This document shows, one piece after another, positions 1 through 10,503 of a stretch of 64,000 nt of DNA (position 1 is the stretch's first letter; every line of letters begins with the position of its first letter). Source of the DNA: Thermodesulfobacteriota bacterium (GTDB taxonomy: Bacteria > Desulfobacterota_D > UBA1144 > Nemesobacterales > Mycalebacteriaceae). The notes below the pieces were generated by a model that saw only the letters and a list, made by a program, of their open reading frames with translations, was not told where the DNA came from and did no database searches. The position numbers and the translations under genes are program-made. The DNA is taken from positions 42,910-106,909 of the forward strand of contig CBDAQI010000012.1 of assembly GCA_965198945.1 (NCBI GenBank), written 5' to 3'.

Positions 1-2
1 AG

Positions 3-868
3 CATCTTGAGTATGAAAGAAGCCTGTCTCCGAACACCGTACGCGCATATGTGAGTGATGTGGGGCAGTTCACGGATTTTTTGCTCAAGAAAAAAAATCA
101 GGTCTTCATTCCGTGGATTTGAGACAGATAAACCGCTATGTGGCAAAGCGTTTTGAGTCTAATTCCAAAACTTCAACGGCCCGCAAGGTTGCCGCCGTCA
201 GGACTTTTTTCAGGTTTCTTAACATTGAGAAAATAACGGAACAGAACCCAGCCGCAAGCGCCTCCGTGCCGAAAACGGGGCGCCCTCTTCCGTCTTTTCT
301 TTCGGTGGATGAAATTGACGCCATTTTGAGAAAAGTGGAGACCGGGGAAGACACTCCGTTTTCTCTCAGAGACAAGGCGATGTTTGAACTCGCTTATTCT
401 TCGGGACTCAGGGTGAGCGAGCTTGTTTCACTCAAAATTGACGATATTGATTTTGAACGGGGCGCGGTAAGGGTTTTCGGAAAGGGCGCCAAAGAGAGGA
501 TTGTTCCGTTCGGCTCAAAAGCCGCGGCCGCGCTTGGGAAATATGTGAAAGCAAGGGGGTCTCTCAAGCCGAAAACCGACAATGTTTTTGTCGGCTCAAA
601 AAAAACCGGCATAACTTCAAGAAGCGTCTCAAGGATTTTGAAACATTACGCCGTCGCATCGGGAATAAGCAAGAACGTGTCGCCTCACACTTTAAGGCAC
701 AGTTTTGCCACCCACCTGCTCGCTTCAGACGGCGGCGCCCAAAAGGACAAACTCAGGGCAATACAGGCCATGCTCGGACATTCAAGTCTTTCTTCAACAC
801 AAAAATACACTCATGTATCCGTTGAACAGTTGATGGACGTGTATGACAATGCCCATCCGAGGTCTTAA
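3..868 (+). CDS. xerC: Tyrosine recombinase XerC/XerD family. The 5' end lies beyond the window. The reading frame is broken by a 1-nt frameshift in an A8 run at about 90-97.
   Basis: Frame 3 (3-120) encodes ...ERSLSPNTVRAYVSDVGQFTDFLLKKK, matching the XerD N-terminal motif NT..AYRRDL. After the A8 tract the protein continues in the frame of ORF 113..868 with RDKAMFELAYSSGLRVSELV, HTLRHSFATHLL and LGHSSLSSTQKYTHV, the catalytic R..HxxR..Y motifs. It is followed directly by hslVU, as in the codV-clpQ-clpY arrangement. Confidence 0.85.
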
Positions 869-1417
869 ATGGCTGCTTCACAGACAGAAACATTTCACGG
901 CACCACAATTCTCTGCGTAAGAAAAGACGGCTCAACCGCAATGGGGGGAGACGGGCAGGTTACTCTCGGAGATGTGTCGGTAAAGCATTCCGCCAATAAG
1001 ATAAGAAAAATTCATTCGGGCGGTGTCTGTGTGGGGTTTGCGGGTTCAACAGCGGATGCGATAACACTTTTTGACAGATTTGAGTCAAAGATTGAAGAAT
1101 TCGGCGGAAATCTCAAACGTGCCGCCGTGGAGCTTGGAAAAGATTGGAGAACCGACAGAATTTTGCGCAGGCTGGAAGCTCTGCTCGCGGTTGCCGACAG
1201 GGAAAATATGTTTATAATATCTGGCGCGGGAGACATTCTTGAACCTGATGACGGAATAATCTCCATAGGTTCGGGAGGTTCTTACGCAAGAGCTGCGGCA
1301 AAGGCTCTTGTAGATTTCTCAGAGTTGAAAGCAGAAGAAATTGTCCGCAGTTCTCTTTTGATAACGTCCGAGATTTGCATATACACAAACGATAAAATAC
1401 GCATTGAAACTCTTTAA
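869..1417 (+). CDS. hslV: ATP-dependent protease subunit HslV
   Basis: N-terminal [10 protein letters not shown]... Thr-protease start. The protein is 182 aa, and the start codon abuts the xerC stop. Confidence 0.95.
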   Translation: MAASQTETFHGTTILCVRKDGSTAMGGDGQVTLGDVSVKHSANKIRKIHSGGVCVGFAGSTADAITLFDRFESKIEEFGGNLKRAAVELGKDWRTDRILRRLEALLAVADRENMFIISGAGDILEPDDGIISIGSGGSYARAAAKALVDFSELKAEEIVRSSLLITSEICIYTNDKIRIETL

Positions 1418-1420
1418 ATA

Positions 1421-2791
1421 ATGGCAGACAACTCTTTTTTTACCCCGCGGGAAATAGTTTCCGAACTTGACAAATACATAATCGGTCAGCACAAAGCCAA
1501 ACGCTCCGTTTCAATTGCTTTGAGAAACAGATGGCGCCGTCAGAACGTGACCCCGGAGATGAGGGATGAAATTGTTCCGAAAAACATCCTGATGATGGGC
1601 CCCACGGGTGTTGGCAAAACTGAAATAGCCCGGAGGCTTGCAAAACTTTCCCAAGCTCCGTTTGTTAAGGTTGAGGCGTCAAAGTTTACCGAAGTCGGCT
1701 ACATGGGCAGGGATGTTGAGTCCATGGTGAGAGACATTACCGAGATATCAATCAAGATGGTCTCAGATGATGAGACGAAAAAAGTTATGGCAAAAGCCGA
1801 GGAAATCGCCGAGGAAAGAATGCTTGACCTGCTTTTGCCGCCGCCTTCAAAAACTCCGGCGGACGGTCCGGACGGTGAAAAGACTGCAGAGCCGCCTCCC
1901 CGCAAAGAGTCTGAGAAAAAAACCAAAGAAAAACTCAGAAAACTTCTGCGTCAGGGCAAACTGGATGACAAAACTGTTCAGCTGGAGGTTTCCACGGCGG
2001 CAATGCCTTTTCAGGTTCTGGGCGCTCAGGGAGTTGACGAAATAGACTTGAATCTGCCGGAAATGCTCGGAGGGCTTATGCCGAAGCAGACGAAGACAAA
2101 AAAGGTGAACGTGCCGTCTGCGATGGAGATACTCGTCAGGGAGGAGTCACAAAAACTGGTTGATATGGAAAGGGTGGTCAAGCTCGCCATTGAAAAGGTT
2201 GAAAATACGGGGATCATTTTCATTGACGAAATAGACAAAATAGCCGGAGGCAAATCAAATTCCGGTCCCGACGTTTCAAGGGAGGGAGTTCAGAGGGATT
2301 TGCTTCCCATAATAGAGGGCTCAACAGTCAACACCAAGCATGGAATGGTGAAGACCGACCACATTATGTTTATCGGAGCCGGCGCTTTTCATGTCTCAAA
2401 GCCGTCTGACCTTATACCGGAAATTCAGGGACGCTTTCCCGTGCGCGTTGAACTTGAGGCTTTGGGCAGAGAGGAGATGGTCAAAATACTTACCGAGACG
2501 AAAAACGCGCTGACGAAACAGTATGCGGCGCTGCTTGAAACCGAAGGCATAACACTTGTTTTCAAAAAAGACGCAATTGAAGAGATTGCCGGAATTGCAA
2601 TGGAAGTTAACAATTCAACTGAAAACATAGGAGCGAGAAGGCTGCACACAATACTTGAGACAATTCTGGATGACATATCTTTTCAGGCTCCAGATATGTC
2701 AAAGAGGAAAATTGAAATAAACGCCGCTTATGTGAAGGAAAAGGTTTCCGGGATTGCGGCGGACAAGGACCTGAGCAAATACATACTTTAG
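1421..2791 (+). CDS. hslU: ATP-dependent protease ATPase subunit HslU
   Basis: Walker [20 protein letters not shown] and Walker [11 protein letters not shown], with a charged I-domain insert. The protein is 456 aa and lies immediately after hslV. Confidence 0.95.
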   Translation: MADNSFFTPREIVSELDKYIIGQHKAKRSVSIALRNRWRRQNVTPEMRDEIVPKNILMMGPTGVGKTEIARRLAKLSQAPFVKVEASKFTEVGYMGRDVESMVRDITEISIKMVSDDETKKVMAKAEEIAEERMLDLLLPPPSKTPADGPDGEKTAEPPPRKESEKKTKEKLRKLLRQGKLDDKTVQLEVSTAAMPFQVLGAQGVDEIDLNLPEMLGGLMPKQTKTKKVNVPSAMEILVREESQKLVDMERVVKLAIEKVENTGIIFIDEIDKIAGGKSNSGPDVSREGVQRDLLPIIEGSTVNTKHGMVKTDHIMFIGAGAFHVSKPSDLIPEIQGRFPVRVELEALGREEMVKILTETKNALTKQYAALLETEGITLVFKKDAIEEIAGIAMEVNNSTENIGARRLHTILETILDDISFQAPDMSKRKIEINAAYVKEKVSGIAADKDLSKYIL

Positions 2792-2855
2792 AAAAACGTA
2801 TCCCTTGCGGCGGTTCCGGGTTTTTACCGAACCGTCCTTTTCAGGTGTGGTAATA

Positions 2856-3725
2856 ATGGATAAAGCCAAAACCCTTGCCGAAGCGCTGCCTTACATAAAG
2901 CAGTTTCACGGCAAAAATGTCGTTGTTAAATACGGCGGAAGCATAGTCGGAAAAGATATTGCCGGTTTTGCAAAAGACATAGTGCTTATGAAGTTTGTCG
3001 GAATCAACCCGGTCGTGGTTCACGGCGGCGGCAGGCAGATAGAGCGGGAACTGAGCAGGCGCGGTATTGAGTCCAGATTTATAGCGGGGCTCAGGGTTAC
3101 GGATAAAAAAACAATGAAAGCCGTTGAGAAAGTGCTCGGGAAAATAATCAACGGGCGCATAGTTTCGGAGATAGAAAAAAACGGGGCGAAAGCCGTCGGC
3201 ATAACCGGAGCAGCAGGCAAAACAATTTCCGCCGCAAAGGCTGATATAGTGAAAATAGCCCGTGAAAACGGTTTGTCCGTTGAGCCGGGCGCAGATCTCG
3301 GAATGGTGGGAGACATAAGGAAGATACACACCGCGCTGATAAGACGCTGTGAAAAAGAGGGCGGCATACCCGTTATCGCCCCCATCGGGACTGACGGCAA
3401 AGGCAACTCGTATAACATCAACGCGGACCATGCCGCGGGCAAGATTGCTTCTGCTCTGAAGGCTGAAAAACTTATAATGTTGACCGATGTGCCGGGCATA
3501 AAAGGCGGAAATGGGCGGCTAATATCTTCACTCGCTTTCAGGCGGGCTCAGAAACTTATAAGAGACGGAGTGATTTCCAAAGGTATGCGTCCCAAAACCA
3601 AATGCTGCATGGAAGCCATTTCCGAGGGAGTGGGCAAGGCGCACATAATAGACGGCCGTGTGGACCATGCACTTATACTTGAAATTTTTACCAACGCCGG
3701 AATCGGAACCGAGATAAAGAAATGA
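2856..3725 (+). CDS. argB: Acetylglutamate kinase
   Basis: MDKAKTLAEALPYIKQFHGKNVVVKYGGS, the amino-acid kinase family N-terminus. The ORF opens at 2805, but the likely start is the Met at 2856. Confidence 0.9.
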   Translation: MDKAKTLAEALPYIKQFHGKNVVVKYGGSIVGKDIAGFAKDIVLMKFVGINPVVVHGGGRQIERELSRRGIESRFIAGLRVTDKKTMKAVEKVLGKIINGRIVSEIEKNGAKAVGITGAAGKTISAAKADIVKIARENGLSVEPGADLGMVGDIRKIHTALIRRCEKEGGIPVIAPIGTDGKGNSYNINADHAAGKIASALKAEKLIMLTDVPGIKGGNGRLISSLAFRRAQKLIRDGVISKGMRPKTKCCMEAISEGVGKAHIIDGRVDHALILEIFTNAGIGTEIKK

Positions 3726-4927
3726 GCCGCGAAGAAATAATTTCCGTAATTGACGCAAATACAATGAACACTTACGGCCGCTTCCAAATCGCGGTAAAAA
3801 AAGGTGACGGAGCGTGGCTGTGGGATACCAAAGGGAAAAAGTATCTGGACTTCACATCGGGAATAGCCGTAACAACACTCGGACATTCGCACCCGGCTTT
3901 CATCAAAGCCGCGAGAAAACAGCTGGAGAGCATCGTCCATACATCAAACCTTTTCTACACAGAGCCTCAGGCGCGCCTTGCTTTTCTCTTAACCGCAAAT
4001 TCTTTTGCGGACAGGGTGTTTTTATGCAACAGCGGGACGGAGGCTTCCGAGGGTGCAATAAAACTGGCAAGAAAATGGGCGTCTGAAAACGGTCGTGAAA
4101 AAACAATAGTATGCGCGTCCGGGTCATTTCACGGCAGAACTCTGGGGGCGCTTTCCGCCACAAGCGGGCCCAAATACCGAAAAGGTTTTGAGCCTTTGCC
4201 GGAGGGGTTTGTTTTTGTTCCCTACGGTGATTCGCAAAAAATTTCAGAAGCGATTAGGGAGCACCGGGCCTGCGCTTTTATGGTTGAGCCGATACAGGGA
4301 GAAAACGGAGTGGTTATTCCGCATGAAGGTTATTTGCCCGAAGCGCGAGGAATTTGTTCTGAAAACGGAGCTCTTCTTATTCTTGATGAAATCCAGACGG
4401 GAATGGGAAGAACGGGAAAGATGTTCTGTTACGAACACTCAAACATAGAGCCGGATATTGCCGTGATTGCAAAGGGTCTTGGCGGCGGAGTGCCGTGCGG
4501 AGCCGTGCTGGCACGCGAGGATGCCGCAAGGCATTTTACTCGCGGCTCACACGGAAGCACTTTCGGCGGAGGACCGTTTGCTTGCGCGTGCGCCGTTTCG
4601 GTGATGGAGGAAATTTTCCGCTCTTCGCTGATGGAAAATGCGGAGCGGAGCGGTGACAGGCTGCTTTCAGGATTGAGGGGCGCCGAAATAGCGGGCTCCG
4701 CCGCGGTAAAAGAGGCCAGGGCAATGGGCTTGATTGCGGGACTTGAATTCAACCTACCCGAAGACGCGGAAAGGGTTGTGGAACTCTGTGCGGAGAAGGG
4801 TCTTCTCACAATTCTGACCGCCGGGCGTGTTATCAGAATGCTTCCTCCGCTTACCATAAAGTATGGGGAGGTGGATTTTGCCCTGTCCGTAATTGAAGAT
4901 TCCATTCGGGAGGTTTGCAGTCGGTGA
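3722..4927 (+). CDS. argD: Acetylornithine aminotransferase (class III PLP aminotransferase)
   Basis: Class-III aminotransferase motifs (LCNSGTEA.., ILDEIQTG.GRTG). There is an ATGA overlap with the argB stop. Confidence 0.9.
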   Translation: MSREEIISVIDANTMNTYGRFQIAVKKGDGAWLWDTKGKKYLDFTSGIAVTTLGHSHPAFIKAARKQLESIVHTSNLFYTEPQARLAFLLTANSFADRVFLCNSGTEASEGAIKLARKWASENGREKTIVCASGSFHGRTLGALSATSGPKYRKGFEPLPEGFVFVPYGDSQKISEAIREHRACAFMVEPIQGENGVVIPHEGYLPEARGICSENGALLILDEIQTGMGRTGKMFCYEHSNIEPDIAVIAKGLGGGVPCGAVLAREDAARHFTRGSHGSTFGGGPFACACAVSVMEEIFRSSLMENAERSGDRLLSGLRGAEIAGSAAVKEARAMGLIAGLEFNLPEDAERVVELCAEKGLLTILTAGRVIRMLPPLTIKYGEVDFALSVIEDSIREVCSR

Positions 4928-5853
4928 AAAAAGATTTATTAAGTGTTTTTGATGTTTCAAGAACAGATATGGCGGGGATAATCTCCCGTTCTTTTGAACA
5001 CAGGGAGATGCATAAAACGTCCGCCCTTGGCAAGTCGCTTGAGGGCAAAACGGTGGGAATTGTTTTTGAAAAACCGTCAACCCGCACAAGGGTTTCATTT
5101 GAAACCGCCGCCGCGCTGCTCGGCGCTCATCCGGTTTTCATTGATGCCGGCAGCACTCAGATAAACCGGGGGGAAACGTTGGAAGACACGGCGAGAGTCC
5201 TTTCTTCCTACCTTGATATCATAGTGCTGAGAACGCATGAGCAGGAGCGTCTTGAGAGTTTTGCCGCGAGTTCCTCGGTTCCGGTCATAAACGCCTTGAG
5301 TGAGTTGGAGCACCCGACCCAGGCGCTTACGGACATATTTACGATTGCCTCTCAAGACATTGACATAGAGAGTTTCAAGCTTGCGTATTTGGGAGACGGT
5401 AACAATGTTGCAAACTCGCTGGTCGGAATTTCTTCAATTCTGGGATTTGACATAGCGGTCGCCTCACCGCCCGGTTGCGAGCCGGATGAGCAAATGCTTC
5501 AGAGAAGCGGGAAAAGTAACGGCAGGTCTGCGCACATCACAATTACGGACAGTCCCGTTGAAGCGGTTGAAGACGCGGATGTAATCTACACCGATGTCTG
5601 GCTCAGCATGGGACAGGAGGGTGACGCAGACCGAATAATAAAAAATTTTGCCCCCTATCAGGTGAACCCGGAGCTTTTATCGCACGCTCCCTCCGATGCC
5701 GTCATAATGCACTGCCTTCCCGCACACAGAGGCGAAGAGATCACCGCCGAGGTTATGGACGGCGGCAGATTTATCGCTTTTGAGCAGGCTGAAAATAAAC
5801 TACATGTAGCAAAAGCCGTGCTGGAGTTCTGTCTGGGCTGGAAAGGGGAATAG
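4915..5853 (+). CDS. argF: Ornithine carbamoyltransferase
   Basis: STRTRVSFE carbamoyl-phosphate binding motif and HCLPAHRGEE. The protein is 312 aa. The start is TTG 4915 or GTG 4924, 10 nt after a GGGAGG. Confidence 0.9.
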   Translation: MQSVKKDLLSVFDVSRTDMAGIISRSFEHREMHKTSALGKSLEGKTVGIVFEKPSTRTRVSFETAAALLGAHPVFIDAGSTQINRGETLEDTARVLSSYLDIIVLRTHEQERLESFAASSSVPVINALSELEHPTQALTDIFTIASQDIDIESFKLAYLGDGNNVANSLVGISSILGFDIAVASPPGCEPDEQMLQRSGKSNGRSAHITITDSPVEAVEDADVIYTDVWLSMGQEGDADRIIKNFAPYQVNPELLSHAPSDAVIMHCLPAHRGEEITAEVMDGGRFIAFEQAENKLHVAKAVLEFCLGWKGE

Positions 5854-5868
5854 AGATGCGCCGGGTTG

Positions 5869-6429
5869 TTAAATTTTTGAAATCTTCGGCGGCGTAATTC
5901 CCTTCTGTTTCTGATACTTTCCCTTCTTGTCGGCATAGGATTTTTCACAGGCTTCGTCGCCTTCAAAAAACAGAACCTGTGCTATGCCCTCTCCGGCATA
6001 TATTTTTGCGGGGAGCGGGGTTGTGTTTGAGATTTCAAGCGTTACGAATCCCTCCCATTCGGGCTCAAAAGGCGTTACATTCACTATTATTCCGCAACGC
6101 GCATATGTTGATTTGCCTACACACAGGGTCAGCACATTGCGCGGGATTCTGAAATATTCAACCGTTCTTGCAAGGGCAAAGGAATTCGGAGGAATTACGC
6201 AGTCTCCTTTAATTGACACAAACGATTTTTTATCAAAGTTTTTTGGGTCAACAAAAGTGCTGTGAATGTTTGTAAAGACCTGGAATTCACTGCTCACCCT
6301 TATGTCGTAACCATATGAGGAAAGCCCGTATGATATTTTGCCCTTGCTCACTTGTGATTTCACAAACGGCTCTATCATCCCGGACTCGCGAGCCATTTTT
6401 TTTATCCATCCGTCTGATTTTATTCCCAT
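5869..6429 (-). CDS. dcd: dCTP deaminase
   Basis: 186 aa. The N-terminus [15 protein letters not shown] and the overall pattern match Dcd. Confidence 0.85.
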   Translation of the reverse strand: MGIKSDGWIKKMARESGMIEPFVKSQVSKGKISYGLSSYGYDIRVSSEFQVFTNIHSTFVDPKNFDKKSFVSIKGDCVIPPNSFALARTVEYFRIPRNVLTLCVGKSTYARCGIIVNVTPFEPEWEGFVTLEISNTTPLPAKIYAGEGIAQVLFFEGDEACEKSYADKKGKYQKQKGITPPKISKI

Positions 6430-6456
6430 TGCTTCAACTCCTTAAAATTTAAGGCG

Positions 6457-7497
6457 TTATGAAAACTGTCTTAAAAATCTTAAGTCGTTTTCAAAAAAAA
6501 GTCTTATGTCGTCAATTCCGAATTTAAGCATTGCCATCCTTTCAATCCCCATACCAAAGGCAAAACCCGAACATTCATCGGGGTCGTATCCCACATTTTT
6601 GAACACCGCCGGGTCAACCATTCCGCAACCGAGAACCTCAATCCATCCGGTTTTTTTACATACCCTGCAACCTTTCCCGCGGCATATTACGCACTCTATG
6701 TCAACCTCGGCGCTCGGCTCGGTGAACGGGAAAAAACTGGGTCTGAACCTGACATTGGGCTCATCGTCAAAGTACATGTTTATGAAGAATGTTATAACCG
6801 ATTTCAGGTTTGCAAAACTCACTTCACTGTCAACCATAAGCCCTTCAATCTGGTGAAACATCGGCGAATGGGAAACATCGCTGTCACACCTGTAAACTTT
6901 GCCCGGAACAATCACCCTCAGGGGAGGGGGCTGTTTTTCCATGACACGAATCTGAACGGGGGAGGTGTGGGTGCGCAGAACTATGTCGTCCGATATGTAG
7001 AAAGTGTCCTGCATGTCGCGCGCCGGGTGGTCTTTGGGAATGTTAAGAGCTTCAAAATTATAGTAGTCAAGCTCCACTTCGGGGCCGTCCATTATTGTGA
7101 ATCCCAGCCTCTCAAATATGCCGGAGATCTCCTTTATAACGATATTTACGGGATGAAAAGAGCCGGTCTCCGTCCCGCGTCTTCCGGGAAGAGTAACGTC
7201 TATTTTTTCCTCCGAGACCGATTTCTCAGAACTTATGCGCTTTATTTCAAGAATTTTCTTCCTTGCTGAACTCTCAATTTCGTCTCTGGACTGGTTCAGG
7301 ACGGTTCCCAGATTCCTTTTTTCTTCAATGGAAAGGTCTTTCAGAGACTTCATCATGGAAGTTACCGAGCCGTTTCTGCCCGTGTAGAGAGATTTTATTT
7401 TATGTACCGAAGACTCATCCTTTGCGCGTGCGATCTCCTCTTGCGCCTTCCCGGTTTCCCGTCTGGCGCGTTCGGCTATTTTCGCGGTTTCACTCAA
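6457..7497 (-). CDS. pheS: Phenylalanine--tRNA ligase alpha subunit
   Basis: 346 aa with class II aaRS motifs (FHPVN..., FRPSFFPFTEPSAEVD, GMGIERMAML). Confidence 0.92.
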   Translation of the reverse strand: MSETAKIAERARRETGKAQEEIARAKDESSVHKIKSLYTGRNGSVTSMMKSLKDLSIEEKRNLGTVLNQSRDEIESSARKKILEIKRISSEKSVSEEKIDVTLPGRRGTETGSFHPVNIVIKEISGIFERLGFTIMDGPEVELDYYNFEALNIPKDHPARDMQDTFYISDDIVLRTHTSPVQIRVMEKQPPPLRVIVPGKVYRCDSDVSHSPMFHQIEGLMVDSEVSFANLKSVITFFINMYFDDEPNVRFRPSFFPFTEPSAEVDIECVICRGKGCRVCKKTGWIEVLGCGMVDPAVFKNVGYDPDECSGFAFGMGIERMAMLKFGIDDIRLFFENDLRFLRQFS

Positions 7498-8402
7498 CTG
7501 ACGCCGCCTTTTTGTTTTCTCATTTTTACAACAAACCAGGCTGCGACAAAAATTGACGAATAGGTTCCCGCAACCACTCCGACAATAAGCGTGAAAGCGA
7601 AATTGTGTATGACCGAGCCGCCGAGAAGGAATAGCGGAATAAGAACTATGAATACGGTGATGGTGGTTAGCACGGTTCTTGAAAGAGTGCGCGTGATGCC
7701 TTTGTTTACTGCGCCGATGAAGTCGGAATTTTCTTCATCGGCGAGAGTTTCTCTTATACGGTCAAAGATGACTATTGTGTCGTTTACCGAATAACCCACA
7801 ACCATGAGGAGGGCGGCTATTATGGATAGGGTAATCTCTTTGTCCAGAAAAGCCATGAGTCCCATTGTTATGGTAACGTCGTGCAGAAGGGCGACAACAG
7901 CTCCGGTTGCATATCCGATTTCAAACCTTATTATCAGGTATAAAAGAATGGCCGTACAGCCGAGCATCAGCGAGACTACGGCTTTTTGAATAAACTCCCG
8001 GCCGACATTCGGTCCTATGTAATCAATTCTCAAAATCTGCGCTTCCCGGAAACGAAGATCTTTTCCGGCGGATGAATGGAAAACGTTTTTGAATACATTG
8101 ACTTTGTCCGATGAAAGTTTATCCGCGGGAAATTTAATGAGAAACTCGTTGTCTGACGCTATTCCAAATCTCTGAACCGAAACGGGCTCGTAACCGGAAG
8201 AATTGAGCATTTCAATCACATCCGTTTCGGTTGCTCCGGGGCCGACCGGAGGAACCTTTATATGAACCTCGGTTCCGCCCGTGAATTCAACACCGGGTCT
8301 GGGGCCTCCGTCCATAACAATTGCGGTGATGCAGGCGGTTATCAAAAGCACCGAGAAAACCGACGCTTTCCCGAACCATGATGTAAAATTGAAGACTTTC
8401 AT
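7494..8402 (-). CDS. secF: Protein translocase subunit SecF
   Basis: Multi-TM protein with SecD/SecF family C-terminal TM motifs. The ORF runs to 8498, but the likely start is the Met at 8402, overlapping the secD 3' end. Confidence 0.85.
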   Translation of the reverse strand: MKVFNFTSWFGKASVFSVLLITACITAIVMDGGPRPGVEFTGGTEVHIKVPPVGPGATETDVIEMLNSSGYEPVSVQRFGIASDNEFLIKFPADKLSSDKVNVFKNVFHSSAGKDLRFREAQILRIDYIGPNVGREFIQKAVVSLMLGCTAILLYLIIRFEIGYATGAVVALLHDVTITMGLMAFLDKEITLSIIAALLMVVGYSVNDTIVIFDRIRETLADEENSDFIGAVNKGITRTLSRTVLTTITVFIVLIPLFLLGGSVIHNFAFTLIVGVVAGTYSSIFVAAWFVVKMRKQKGGVS

Positions 8403-8419
8403 AATACGGTCCGCCACAC

Positions 8420-10012
8420 CTAAACGCCTGCTTTTTTCTCCCGCCAAATGACGCTTGAGATTAGACGCGCGATGATAAGATTGCTGAACACCGTGCATAC
8501 TATTCCGGCACAGAGGGTTGCGGCAAAACCTTTTATCGGGCCGTTGCCGAACCAGAACAGGACGAGCCCGGCGAGCAGCGTGGTAACATTTGCGTCCAGA
8601 ATGGTTCTGACCGACCGCTTATATCCCATTTCAATGGCGTGGATGTGAGATTTCCCCGTTTTTATTTCTTCCCTGATTCTCTCAAATATGATTATGTTGC
8701 CGTCAACCGCGATGCCGAGAGTCAGAATCATTCCGGCTATTCCCGGAAGTGTGAGCGTTACGCCGAACGCGGCAAGAAGCCCCGTTATCAGAAGCATGTT
8801 CAGCCCCAGAGCCAGATCCGCTACAATACCGTGTGTGCCGTAGTAAAAGGCCATAAATATAATTACCAGAACTCCTCCCACGAGCATTGAGAGTTTTCCT
8901 TTTTGTATGGAATCTTTTCCTAGCGAGGGTCCTATAAGCCTTTCCTGTTCAACAAAAACCGGAACGGGCAGAGCCCCGGAACGCAGAATAAGAGCCAGGT
9001 CTTTTGCTTCTGATTGAGTGAAAGTTCCCGTTATCTGGCCCTCAAAAGTTATACGGCTCTGAACCACCGGAGCCGATTCAACAACTCCGTCAAGAACTAT
9101 CGCAAGACGGTTTCCTATGTTTTCTTCCGTAAGTTTGCCGAATTTTCCCGCTCCTTTGTTTGAGAAACTGAATGAGACCGAAGGGTTGCCGAAGCCGTCA
9201 AATGCGAGTCTCGCATCGGATATGTATTCCCCGGTGACTGAGCTTTTTGAGTCAGTCACGAAGAAGTTTTCATTTCCCCCTTCAAAAGAGGGGTGGATGG
9301 AGAGGTTTTTTTCTTCAAGCTCTTTGTCGGATTTGAGGCCAGCATCCGCGATCGCCTGCTCGCGGGAAAACCCCTGTCCGCGAACTATCTTGAATTCCAG
9401 AACGGCGGTCTTTTTGATTATGTCAACTATTCTGTCTCTGTCTTTTTCCGAGGCTCCGGGAACCTGTATGACAATCCTGTCATCTCCCAGCTTCGTTATT
9501 GACGGCTCTACGAGGCCGAAATCAAGAACGCGGTTTTCTATGACCCGCCTTACCTGTTCAATGGAGTCTTCCCTCATGAGTGATGTTTTATATTCACCCG
9601 GGAAAACCCTGACGGTCAGGTTTTTCTCATCGGCTTCAAGTGTCAATTCTTCAAACCTTTTCTCAAGAAACCTTCGGGCTTTAGCAAATGATTCAGGGTT
9701 TGAAAACTCCATTGTGAGCGTAAGGTCTTCCACTCCCGCAGAGGTGACCGCATCAGCGCCTTCCTCAAATTCTTCTTTGACGGAATCCATTATGTTTTCA
9801 AGCTGCCTGCTGACCCCCCGGTCAGTTTCAACTCCAAGCTGGATGAAAACCCCGCCTTTCAAATCAAGCCCCATGCGTATTCCCCGCGAGGGAAAAACCT
9901 TTGACCACCAACCCGGCAGGTCGCCCCCGGAAATGTTCGGAGCCAGAAAAATTAATGACAGAACAACGAAAAGAGCTACGGTGGCCAGTGAAAGTTTTGA
10001 AACCCGGCCCAA
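8420..10012 (-). CDS. secD: Protein translocase subunit SecD
   Basis: 530 aa with a signal-anchor and a large periplasmic domain followed by a 6-TM C-terminus. It lies directly downstream of yajC. Confidence 0.9.
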   Translation of the reverse strand: MGRVSKLSLATVALFVVLSLIFLAPNISGGDLPGWWSKVFPSRGIRMGLDLKGGVFIQLGVETDRGVSRQLENIMDSVKEEFEEGADAVTSAGVEDLTLTMEFSNPESFAKARRFLEKRFEELTLEADEKNLTVRVFPGEYKTSLMREDSIEQVRRVIENRVLDFGLVEPSITKLGDDRIVIQVPGASEKDRDRIVDIIKKTAVLEFKIVRGQGFSREQAIADAGLKSDKELEEKNLSIHPSFEGGNENFFVTDSKSSVTGEYISDARLAFDGFGNPSVSFSFSNKGAGKFGKLTEENIGNRLAIVLDGVVESAPVVQSRITFEGQITGTFTQSEAKDLALILRSGALPVPVFVEQERLIGPSLGKDSIQKGKLSMLVGGVLVIIFMAFYYGTHGIVADLALGLNMLLITGLLAAFGVTLTLPGIAGMILTLGIAVDGNIIIFERIREEIKTGKSHIHAIEMGYKRSVRTILDANVTTLLAGLVLFWFGNGPIKGFAATLCAGIVCTVFSNLIIARLISSVIWREKKAGV

Positions 10013-10014
10013 GC

Positions 10015-10386
10015 TCAGTTACCAGCCTTTTCTTCCACTTTTGAAGCGGCCGCGGACACCGATGCCTTCACCGTTACACCTTTTGCTATCTCAAGTCTGA
10101 GGGTGTCACCGTCTCTCTCGGTTATTGTGGCGTATATGCCGCCGCCTGTTATGATTTCATCTCCGCGTTTGAGATCTTTGAGCATGTTCTCACGGCTGCG
10201 CGAGCGTTTCTGCTGCGGGCGTATAATCAAAAAATAGAAAAGCGCAAAAAGAAGCACAAAGGGGAGGAGCCCGGTAAACAGAGACTGTCCTCCGCCTTCA
10301 CCGCTTTGGGCGGAAGCATCCGCCAGAGGTGTGAAAAGGGACAAAAAAGAGGCAAGTATAAAAATTCCGCCGTTAAAAATGTTCAA
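10015..10386 (-). CDS. yajC: Preprotein translocase subunit YajC
   Basis: 123 aa with a single TM, then GDEIITGGGIYATITE..., the YajC core. Confidence 0.85.
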   Translation of the reverse strand: MNIFNGGIFILASFLSLFTPLADASAQSGEGGGQSLFTGLLPFVLLFALFYFLIIRPQQKRSRSRENMLKDLKRGDEIITGGGIYATITERDGDTLRLEIAKGVTVKASVSAAASKVEEKAGN

Positions 10387-10503
10387 ATCAGAAAGCCCTC
10401 CGAAGTTTTTAAGAGTTGTTTTTAAGTAAAAAATACCAGTCAGAGCAACTTTATAACCATTCCGACTTTTATTTTCAACACCGCCCTTTTGAATAATGGA
10501 ATT

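Noticed and set aside
2805-2855. N-terminal 17-aa extension of argB (MRRFRVFTEPSFSGVVI)
   Set aside because: The ArgB family N-terminus begins at MDKAKTLAEALPYI. The extension is probably upstream leader read in-frame.
9117-10100. 327-aa ORF on the + strand
   Set aside because: It lies entirely antisense within secD and yajC. It has a Ser/Pro-rich low-complexity translation and no start context. It is a shadow ORF.
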